Part shown: piece after piece, positions 53,631 to 64,000 of the stretch
Position numbering within the stretch: position 1 is the first letter of the stretch
How the letters are laid out: the number at the start of each line of letters is the position of its first letter
Source of the DNA: Tubiluchus corallicola
Taxonomy: Eukaryota; Animalia; Priapulida
Direction of reading: 5' to 3'
Assembly (NCBI GenBank): GCA_030141605.1
Contig: JAQGDQ010000879.1
Location: 20,720-84,719 of the forward strand
DNA length: 64,000 nt
Position numbers and translations under genes: made by a program
The notes under the pieces: generated by a model
The model's database searches: none
Seen by the model: the letters and a program-made list of their open reading frames with translations, nothing else
Told to the model about the DNA's origin: nothing

Positions 53631-55065
53631 GTATCGTAACCAAGCTCGGCTCTTTACTGTTTCTTGTTGTTGTCGTTGTCGTCGCCGTTTTTGTAGTGCC
53701 CGTGTGGTAACTTCATCCAATTTAGTTTAGTCTTACTGCGGCAAATAGGCGTATGAAACCTCGTCCTATCATGTTTTTTGCATAAATAATTGCATCGCAT
53801 AGTCATATAAATTAATTTTACAAACTGGTACTGTGAAATAAGCAATAGAAAACACTTTCAATCATCCGATAATTATAGCATAGCAGATTCACCTCGTTTC
53901 ATCAGATGCACAGTAGATTGAGATATTTTACATGGAGTTTTGGCTTCTTTTTTCAATGTTATAAGAGGTACAAAAACAAAACACAAATTTTCAATTGTAG
54001 TTGATATTGAATACTGTCAAATTAAGTCACACTTAAAAATTATTTACATCATGAAATCAAAGCATTTAGCAAAGAGTACTCGTGGTGAGTATAAAGCATA
54101 TTATACATAAGCATGTATTCTATACCTGCTTTAATCGCTGTATTGTTTAGTTCGGTTTCAGCTAGCATAAGTATTGATCATCATCATTATATGTATGCAG
54201 CAGCTGTACAGCTATTTCTTCCATGTCACAAATTAGTAATGTCCCCGAATGAAAAATAGGATGCGTGACTGAGTATAAGCTTAACTCTTATTTATTAAGT
54301 GCACTATCTCTATATCCGTACTACAGATGTATTCGATATAACACTAAATATAGGTAAGAAATATATAAAAACTAGACATAGATACTTTTCGTTAATGAGT
54401 TCGCTAGGCTGCTGCCTGCATCGTCATTTTGTTGCACGTCGCTAATCATAACAGCACGTTGATTTTAGGGTAATCCAAACTGAAAAGATTCAATCATAGT
54501 AATAAATGAGAATGTATAAGGCGTGTCTCCTCCCCTTTTTTCGTTTTATTATAAATTATAACAGCTATCTTACATGGTTGTATCTTTCGTAAAAAACGCG
54601 TGTGTCATTCACTTTGTTTGTAATTGTCTAAATATTGTGAAAGATATAAATAAATAAATTACCATTACTAAAAATAGCGTAAGCAGCATATTAAATTTAT
54701 GAATAACTTAACTGTAGACTCTATTTTATTGTATATGAAAATAAGAGCACCCATTTTATAGCAAAACATCCAAGCAATACTCCTGCGTGATTTTGTTTGA
54801 ATATAAAACATTCACAGTTTATAACATAAAGTTTAGATAAACTGCTTATAGTGTATTAACCAGAAAGAAACAGAACAATGAAACAGCTTGTAGTGTATTC
54901 TGCTCAAAACTATTTGTTGTGTGAAGAGTAGAAGCAGAAAATATATGAGAAAAAAGCTTGGGTAACGAAGTGTTATGCAGTGAAAGTAAAATATAGTAAG
55001 GGGAACTTATCGTTATTTTAGCAAAGTTGTCATAAGAATGTGGTGTAAAAGTGCATTGCTGATAG

Positions 55066-55162
55066 AAATAGCTTTTTTCTACAGCTATTTCCTGTTATTT
55101 TTTATACGTAGTTATTCCATAAGCGGCTAACGCATAAGGCCGAATGTCTTGTAAGCGCCACT
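55066..55162. mobile_element. MITE family A, partial copy 4
   Basis: CAGCTATTTCCT..TATTCC core; ends TGTAAGCGCCACT|TTA. Confidence 0.6.
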
Positions 55163-56615
55163 TTAGTAACCCTTGAAATTTGTATATTTTCTTACTGATG
55201 CTTTTTTCAATGTGCTCATCCAGAATATTTTACTGTTTACATATCCCTATTTACAATTCATAGGACTTCGGCCTAAGTCCATTTTCAGGTATTCATCATC
55301 AACTCAGTGGAACAACTTTAACAACGTAGGCCTAAAGCAGAAATCTGCTCAAATTGAAGCAGGCCTATTGAATAACTAGGCGCAAAAAAGACAGCATGTT
55401 AAGCCGTTGTCCTAACTTCAAAGGCAGTGTAACGAGGCCTAATAATTCACTGTTGGCTTCGTAATAGTTACTCTTAATACCAACTTACTGAGGCACTTGG
55501 GAAGTGTATTCTCATTTGATCTACCAACGAAAGCTCAAATTAGATTCATTTATCTTAAATAAGTCCAGAAGGGCACAAGATTTCTCAAGAATTCTCATTT
55601 TTGTTGTTATTTTTATGTAGCACGCTCTTATCTAGTTTTGAATATTGTGAACCAAAATAGCAAAAACTCCCAAGACAAAAACTCCCTGACTCCAGTTCCT
55701 TATTGTCACGTGACAACGAGCATGCGCCCCACACACAGGAAGCCTCAACACTATAATGTGATGTCTACAAATCTTATGAAAGAAGATCAGATGACAGCTT
55801 TCCATCAAAGCAAAAACGGGCCTAATGAAACCACGTATACTGTAATCATGTTTACCCATCCATGCAAATAATGCAACGCGTCAACCTAAGAGCTTAGTGC
55901 ATGCAGGCTGCACATGAACTGCATGTCGTTGACTAACTATATATATATTGGCTGATTGTATGTGAAGGCAATATAGCTGAAAGATCGGCAGAAATTTTTA
56001 TCGGAAATCTGTAGCATATCTATGACTTCATGCTCTTCAAGTTATTCTTCGCAACAAAATCAATTGAATTAAAAGCTAAAAACATTTCCTAAAGCAGTTG
56101 AAGCTTGAAACTTTTCTCCTTAAAATATGTTTATTTTCATCAGTGAATTAGGTTACTATATTCTCCACGCTTGTTTGTGTGGTAGTAACCAAAGCAGTTT
56201 AACACAAACTCCCTGTTTTTCTTTTGAAAGACCTAGGGTCAATGAAGAATTAAAACAAATAATTCTTACTTTTTTGATGAGTTCTAAATTATTCAGGAAA
56301 AGGTGCTGCAGCCATGTTTTGGCACCCTGTTGTAGTGCTTTGCCCATTACTGTGACCAAAAGCATAATTACGATTAACATTTTTATCAAGATTTTAAATA
56401 ACGCAAAAGCGTAGAGCCTCTGTCATTCAGAAAATACCTGGTTTACTTGGTGGAAGTACTTTATCACTCCCAAGAAATCTGCAAGAAACCAAATTTAAAT
56501 GCTTAAATTTCCATTTTCACATCAATTGGTTGTTTAAATAAAACGACAAATTGCCATAATGATTAGGCTTCCAAAAATACTGTTTGAAGTTGTAAAACTT
56601 CTGAATATTTTATAG

Positions 56616-56699
56616 GACGAATACGAAAGCGACAAGCCTCCTCCGGAAGAAGGAAATGCTGGAATTAAACTGGCTTCTCATAAATTCAACAAAAAGGAG
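56616..56699 (+). CDS. BAIAP3: Constant exon C2 (DEYESDKPPPEEGNAGIKLASHKFNKKE)
   Basis: atattttatAG ... GAG|GTAATC, 84 nt, phase 0/0. Confidence 0.85.
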
Positions 56700-56899
56700 G
56701 TAATCTTTCGTTCGCCATTACTTGTATAGTGTTTTTGTCTGCATCTGAAAGCAGAGGGATGATAGCTAAGACTGTCATTTAAAAGTTGTCCCTTGACGAC
56801 TGTGAACAAACACACGCAAGCTGAAATAATGGCAAAAAAAATCAAACACATGTTGTAACTATTCTGATGACAGCTAATGAGAATACTATTTGTCTGCAG

Positions 56900-57067
56900 A
56901 CTGAGTTGCTATACATTGAGGTACTGTACACGATCAAACATAAGATTGGATCTACCGCAGGAGAACATTCACCATACGTGGACGACCTCTATCTGTATGC
57001 GAGGGAAGCTTTTCAATTATCACACGAAGCCCATTCAAAGCTACTTGCCAGAGCTAGCGAAGAAAAG
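56900..57067 (+). CDS. BAIAP3: Constant exon C3 (TELLYIEVLYTIKHKIG...LARASEEK), pre-C2A helical segment
   Basis: tttgtctgcAG ... AAG|GTGTGT, 168 nt; resembles the BAIAP3/UNC13D LYEEALYTV...YLQ..F segment. Confidence 0.9.
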
Positions 57068-57217
57068 GTGTGTGCCAATTAGTTTGTGTTATTACTGTAA
57101 CCTAAAAGTGTTACCATTCCTATGGCTTCCAATATTCTTGCTATGGTTGCATGCTTATGAAAATTGTAATGAGATAGAGATTATTCATCTACGCTGCCAA
57201 TAAAGACGAATAGTGAC

Positions 57218-57340
<123 letters not shown>

Positions 57341-59029
57341 CTTTTTATTAGATGCTATGCTAAGCACTAACCCAATGGTTAACAGGTAACATAAGTCATT
57401 CCCACATGAATTATTTTCATAACGGAATGCTAATTATCTCTTTAATAAATAAACATATTTTAATAAATTACACTACTGGAACTCAAGTCGTGTACTCCCA
57501 GAAATTTAAAATGTACGTTAATTGGCGTTTTTATGTGATCAAATGAGAATTTCCTTTTGTCCCATGAAATCCTATTTGTAAAAATTCGGCATTATTTGTA
57601 AATGTTACCACTGCAATGGTTGTAGGCCTACCTGAATCTTTAGTGATTTTTGAGACGTGTACCAATACAAACAAGTTTTAATAAATTAGCAAATTTCAAG
57701 TAATATTCAAATAGGGTCTTTTCAATGCATAAATATAACGAAATACTCTGGATATTATTTGTACAAAAAAATTGCAGAAAGATTCGGAATTATGTATTTT
57801 TGGTTGATAAGGACTGGCATGAATTGAAGCATAATCGCATAATCAGGAGGAGGCGTGCGGAAGGAGAAAGGGGTGAAAAAATGAATACTTTACAACTGCA
57901 AGTTTTTTGCAAATTTTAGGACTGCAAGATTTACTAGTTACTACACGAAGCAAGAACTTTAGTCAGGATATAATTTGTACACTCACATTTTAGGAATCAA
58001 TAACTTTCTCTAGCAGGCTTCCATTATCCTTTTCACAATTTTTGAAGGGAAAGAGTAATTAGTGATTATGGGGTTGCATTAAAGCTACTGTAGTTTCAGA
58101 ATTGGCGCGGAGCTGTTAGGGCTAACTTTTGTTGCCTCTAATAATACTATATCGACATAATTAGATTAAGTGCAGCTTTTCATTTTGTAGCGGCGCAGAT
58201 AGTGTTGACAGTTATTGGGTGTTTCTTTTAATAACTAGCGTACAATTACAAAGAAGGCGCGACGTTGCGGCATAGGTAACAGCTATTTTTTTAGGTGTAG
58301 CTATTCCTACTGAGGGGAATATATCAGTAAAACGATACATGATGCGATCATTACCATGACTAATTACTGCCATCAACAGCCAAAAATCGATAATAGTATT
58401 TCTATTTGAGTTTGTTTTTTGGCGGTAACTATCTAAACGGCTGAAACTTAGTGCGAATATCAGTAAATTTTGCCGACTTCTAATTTTCGACTCCATCTGA
58501 CACAAAACTATGTAATTCAATGACTGTGTCAGTCAAATCATAGCGGTAAGCTTACGATTGGATCCGACTTAAGACTAAATCGTCGTTGCTGTAATTTACC
58601 AGTTTAGCAAAATATTGTTGTTATTTATTATTTATTGCTTATTCACCTTCTGTTCCTTTCTAACTGATATGTATGCGGAGGTTGAGTAAAAACTTGAGGG
58701 TTGTGGTCACTTCAGTTGTAGCTTGAAACTGAGTCAGTCTACGTAATGAATGTGTCGTCATAATTACATTAGAACATGCATAACGTAAGAACTTCTCAAT
58801 TGACATTAATATAAGCATGACTGCAGGCAAGACTAATGTTATTGAACGTGCTGAGATTATACATCATAAGGTTCTTTCGATTTGACAAACATGTGTAACG
58901 TGATTAAAAACAATTTTGCCGAAACTACTGTCCATTTATTTTGATAAATGTGAATTCACTAGTAGGTTTGAATTCTTTTCGTATTAGTACGGGTAAGCGA
59001 ACTGCATTGAAAGTTTAATTGCTTGCATC

Positions 59030-59377
59030 CAGGGATGGATCATGACCTTTTGCTGCCAATAGGCTAATGAAATTATGGCCCCTCTCAGACAGAACCAACC
59101 TCTAATTCGCCCGCCCCCATCTTAAATATTTTGCTCGTGATATATTTAGCGATATTTACAGTAAGCTTGAAGTAAACTTATTGCAAATTTTTAAATAAAC
59201 TAGAATATCTATCCTTTGTTCGTCAATAAAGATATTTTTAAGAAATATCATTACTTTACTATTTGTTGCAAACCAATTTAGTACATATTCAACACAACCG
59301 TAGTGGAAAAACAGACTTTTTAAGCGGGGGGGGCCTAGGCTGCAGCCTATACTAGCCTGTCAGATAATCCGGCTCTA
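59030..59377. mobile_element. Degenerate hAT-like MITE
   Basis: Termini CAGGGATGGAT / ATCCGGCTCTA resemble CAGGGCCGGAT-type TIRs; GGCCCC and GGGGCC subterminal motifs; partly matching 8-bp flanks CTTGCATC / CTTGTGCC. Confidence 0.45.
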
Positions 59378-61807
59378 CTTGTGCCATCAATGACATTATC
59401 ATTAGTTGACTCCAGATGCTCGTCCAATCAAGCATTACGATTGTACAGGCACGAACCAACAGGAGAATAAAGAAGCCAGTATCTCAGGAGTCCTTGTGTG
59501 CATTTCGTGAAAGAAGCTATCATTGGTGCTGCTGCCTTCGTAATCTTTAACTGCTTAAAGCTGAACCAGCTATCCAAGTGTCACCGCTACTGCTGAAGGA
59601 AACATACATCTACAATTGTTAGAATATATACAGTTTATTCGCCTAACTGCTAGTTCTGAATTTCGGTTGTTTTTGAAAATAATTAGATAGACCATTTAAG
59701 GTTATTAGCCAGCATGTTACGTCTCACAGACTGCCAATTACTCTAGCTAGTAAACATCCTACCAGGTCGTCCCATGTCAAGTGCATCTCCCTATAAGTAA
59801 ATTATGTATAATTTCAGTTTGTATTGTTATTGGTAGTACTATACCCAAAAATTCAGTCCCAGTGACTCGTTTGCCTTCAACTACATTACCCAAACTAATT
59901 TCTTTGAACCTTTCTAGCATTTCACTAACTTGAATTCTGACTAGCGTTAGTGAATTACATGTTATTGTCTGAGGATTTTTTTCAATTTCTTGATACATTA
60001 TAAAGTGTAATCTGTCTTTGCGTCCCATTTTCTAGGTCCCTGTTTCCTTAACTAAAAATGATTCCATAAATTATTCACTGTTAACCATCAGTATTGACAA
60101 CAGCCCACAACACACATTATATTGAGATGTTTGTTACACTGCATATGTACCATGATCACCGTTTGTGCAGCGCTGAATTCGTGCTCGCGCGCTCCAGGGT
60201 TGCAGTTAGTTGCATGCTGTCTAGCACGCAAATGCAAAAGAATTTGACCAGCCAGTGGTGAACGCGTCACTCGTTTATCTTTTAATTACAATCTTAACAT
60301 CAATGCTAATAAGTTTTTTTTGGCACTCATGTACGTCCATTATACCTTCTCAAAAAACTTAATTCAAAAACTTCAATAAATTCTTAAACCACCTTTCTTA
60401 ATTAAATGACTTTTTGATACCTTGGTGGTAAAATGTGCTTAAAGGGCTTCGATAAATTAGTTTTTTTTGTAAAGTGACTTTCTTGTAAACCAACTTTAAA
60501 AAGTACTTGAAAGGTTTTTTTAAACTTTGTTTCTGAAAGCAGGTAGCAAAGTGATTTTCTCATCAATTAAATATTAACATATAACGTGTAACTATAGAAA
60601 TTACACAAATATGACTGACACTGCTTTACATTATTTACAATGCAAGCAGTGGTGTGAATTTAGGTTCTGACGTTAACTAAGCCTTCATAGACACCACAAC
60701 TGATATATTACACGGAAAATTGTTCAAAATTACAGACAATCTTACACTCTGAAAGTCGTCTCAATACTTCCACCCATGTAATTTCAAATTAGGTATATAT
60801 TTTACGAAAGACATGAAGTCGAGTTAAAATAGGGGAAATAGCTGAGTGTTCAGTAGATAAGTGCTTAGCGACCGAAGTTAAACATCTCCAGGCCTAGTCA
60901 GTAAATAGATGGAAATCGCCTGAAAACTGTTTCTGAAAGGCATGCTGTCTGCCATACTGCACCGACTATTTACATCGTTGAAAGGTCTAATCGTCGATAA
61001 GACACCTCTGACGATACTGCGTCTCATGAGCATTGCCCTTGATAGTTATCTAGTTTCTGGTACTGCCACAACCATCTGCGTTAAGATCACTTTGTCGTTG
61101 AATGCTTCATTCTTACTTGGAGAGTGCCGGACTGTTAAAAAACGTACGGCATCCATTTAGAGAAAGTTTCAATACGTTTTCACATTATTTGTATCTATTC
61201 TATATTGTGTATCTCAAAAGTCACCATATAATTTACGTCTTCTGTATTTTTTAACAAACAAATTGAAAAGATTGAAATTGGCACAGGTGAACTAAACCTT
61301 CTAAAGACAATTCTTTTAGTCAAATTAGACGAAAATCTAGAAAGAACTGCTGCTCTAGTAGGATTTTCTATTTTCGCTACCTTCTTCCGGGACTTAAAGA
61401 GCTTCAGAGATCAATCCTCAAATGGCAAGTTGAGAATCTTACATTGAGGAAGGCTCTCATAGTTCATGAGTGATGAGGACTAGCTTCATCTTGTTGAAAA
61501 ACTGCATTGTTAATAGTGAGATAATAATGTGGTCCATGTGGTGCTCTGAATTTTCACTTTTGCCATGTTCATTTTACACCTCATTCGTAACATTACTGTT
61601 GTCGTCATAGCAACACGGTTCCAATAAGAAAAAAAGAATGTCAAGCTCTCTTGTCATGCAAGAAATTGCTGAGATTGGAGTAAAAATTTTGAAAAGAAAA
61701 TTCGAAATCAAAATGTGTATAGTGACTTTTGAGACATCGTATTTTAAACAAACTAAGTAATTGTGTGTTTGATAGTTAAATTTATTTGCCGTATTTTTGT
61801 ATTTTAG

Positions 61808-61874
61808 CCACCAATTTTGGTACTGAATGTGGTAATAATTGCTGCAAAAGACCTGGAAGCTAAAGATCCGAATG
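61808..61874 (+). CDS. BAIAP3: Constant exon C4, start of C2A (PPILVLNVVIIAAKDLEAKDPNG)
   Basis: tttttgtattttAG ... ATG|GTAAGC, phase 0 in / 1 out; C2 beta1 and loop 1. Confidence 0.92.
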
Positions 61875-62466
61875 GTAAGCAGTCTAACCAGCATGCCAAC
61901 GTTTCAATTGAGTTTAATTTAGTAAACCAGCTAAAAAGTCATTGAGCAAGTCATTCTCTCATTCAAGTACCTAGTCAATTTGTCTCGACTTCTGTGACTT
62001 GTCTCTCAGTTAGTAACGTCGGTTAGTCAACCTGAAGAATGCTTAATCAGTCAAACAGCCAGGTAGCTAACACGTCAACGGATCACTAATTTTGTCAACT
62101 GCTCTGATTATTACTAAACCAACTGGTTAATTGGACGGTTAGCTAAACTAAATTTGTAATTTTAATATTTTTCTTGTATTGTACACAAAACTAAAATTGT
62201 CTAAAATTGTATTTGAACGAGTACATTAGCGTGTCATTATCAAAAACATTACAACAAACACGTTACAAAAATACTATTTTGCAAGTGCCTGTTTTACACA
62301 AAACCATAGTCTAGTGCACTCAAAATTATTATTAAAATGTTAGAACAATCCAGAACACGCAAGCTTTTTATTTCACAATTTAAATTTCGTAGTAGACTAA
62401 ACAATTTTGCTGAAAACTTGCTAAATCTTAATTTATAAATTTCGATGAGATGAGTGTTATTTGCAG

Positions 62467-62608
62467 GGTTTAGTGATCCATACTGCATGTTTGGCATTGT
62501 TCCCGGACGAGCTATCGCTGATGAGATAGCCGAAGAGCAAACAGAACAGGAAAAGAAGGAAGTAGAAGAGAAAAAGTCGAGCATCAGGAAAATAGCTGGA
62601 AGTATTAA
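62467..62608 (+). CDS. BAIAP3: Constant exon C5, C2A (GFSDPYCMFGIVPGR...KIAGSI)
   Basis: ttatttgcAG ... AA|GTAAGT, phase 1 in / 2 out; KDPNGFSDPYCM.GI followed by a charged insertion is characteristic of the BAIAP3/Munc13-4 C2A domain. Confidence 0.92.
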
Positions 62609-63206
62609 GTAAGTACAGTGATGTTCTAGAGAAAATGGTCCGTCTAGCGGTATTCCCGGGATAGGTCCCGACCGTCGAGATATTCCATAGCCATAGGATG
62701 CATTATATTACAGACAAATATTAGACAGAATAAGACTGTGTTCTAAGTATAACGAGCTTGATAGTGGCAAGTAATTTTTCACCGTTATGTTATGCAAAAG
62801 TTGTTAATATGGACTGAGTTCGTAAAAAGCTATACCTGAGTGGTTCTATGGTATGCACTTAAATGTCTATCTCCGGGTGCCAAACTACACTTCACTGAGA
62901 GACGATGCAGTATCGCGTATTAAAGTGTACTCTAAAACTATCTAACACTTGTATAATAATAATAATAACTGCAAGGAAATGCAAAATTTTTAGGATAAAT
63001 TCAAAAATTTTGGCTCAACCGAAAGACAAATCTCTCTTTTCTCTTGTAATGTTCTCATAGGGCTCCGTTAATTCGCCCCAGCCTCGGAAAATCATCGTAA
63101 TGCCTTTCAAATCATTTCAAAACTTTCATGAATAAAGTTTGGGTAGAAACTACGGATGGTAAAAAGTAACATCTATGGGTGAGCAGGTGATGAAATTGTC
63201 ACTTAC

Positions 63207-63218
63207 CCACTACTTAAT
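63207..63218 (-). CDS. Candidate 12-nt microexon (K-L-S-S-G junction) following exon C5
   Basis: Minus strand: attatttgcttttcttttctAG|ATTAAGTAGTGG|GTAAGTG; phase 2/2 and open after C5. Confidence 0.55.
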
Positions 63219-63702
63219 CTAGAAAAGAAAAGCAAATAATCATACGATTATTAGTACAGTTTAGCATCTCTAAGTAGACTGTATTAAAGCTATTAATAAA
63301 CTGATTACTTCTTAGACAATTCATTACCTCTTAGAAGTACACTTATTATTATTATTATACAAGTGTTAGATAGTTTTAGAGTACACTTTAATACGCGATA
63401 CTGCATCGTCTCTCAGTGAAGTGTAGTTTGGCACCCGGAGATAGACATTTAAGTGCATACCATAGAACCACTCAGGTATAGCTTTTTACGAACTCAGTCC
63501 ATATTAACAACTTTTGCATAACATAACGGTGAAAAATTACTTGCCACTATCAAGCTCGTTATACTTAGAACACAGTCTTATTCTGTCTAATATTTGTCTG
63601 TAATATAATGCATCCTATGGCTATGGAATATCTCGACGGTCGGGACCTATCCCGGGAATACCGCTAGACGGACCATTTTCTCTAGAACATCACTGTACTT
63701 AC

Positions 63703-63844
63703 TTAATACTTCCAGCTATTTTCCTGATGCTCGACTTTTTCTCTTCTACTTCCTTCTTTTCCTGTTCTGTTTGCTCTTCGGCTATCTCATCAGCGATAGC
63801 TCGTCCGGGAACAATGCCAAACATGCAGTATGGATCACTAAACC
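63703..63844 (-). other. Inverted identical copy of exon C5
   Basis: Reverse complement of 62467-62608, including splice sites. Confidence 0.9.
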
Positions 63845-64000
63845 CTGCAAATAACACTCATCTCATCGAAATTTATAAATTAAGATTTAGCAAGTTTTCA
63901 GCAAAATTGTTTAGTCTACTACGAAATTTAAATTGTGAAATAAAAAGCTTGCGTGTTCTGGATTGTTCTAACATTTTAATAATAATTTTGAGTGCACTAG

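Larger units (their letters stand above)
62311..64000. repeat. Large inverted duplication: arms 62311-62968 and 63343-64000, spacer 62969-63342
   Basis: Position x pairs with 126311-x at every point checked, with no indel or mismatch found; the right arm runs off the window end. Confidence 0.97.

Noticed and set aside
62294-62584. 96-aa minus-strand ORF
   Set aside because: Antisense to exon C5 and running into intron; no independent support

Overview
AT-rich eukaryotic (invertebrate animal) genomic DNA, mostly intronic. It holds the 5' part of one large + strand spliced gene of the BAIAP3 / Munc13-4 (unc-13-4, staccato-like) family. Frame-compatible GT-AG constant exons at 51788-62608 join to give ...FFESFTALSWKQENRRL...LYIEVLYTIKHKIG...AAKDLEAKDPNGFSDPYCMFGI..., the start of the C2A domain. 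Upstream, over about 50 kb, lie at least five ATG-bearing exons that look like alternative first coding exons. Four end in phase 2 and fit the 51788 exon, one of them encoding a 576-aa Ser/Arg/Pro-rich disordered region. The fifth ends in phase 0 and fits the 56616 exon. The window ends in an apparently perfect inverted duplication (at least 658 bp arms, 374 bp spacer) that copies the C2A exon onto the - strand. A phase-compatible 12-nt microexon in the spacer suggests a fold-back, either real or an assembly/amplification artefact. Introns contain piggyBac-, Kolobok-, Harbinger- and hAT-like MITEs, LINE relics, minisatellites and microsatellites. No CRISPR, rRNA or intact tRNA was seen. All alignments were done by eye, and family calls rest on recalled motifs, not on database searches.
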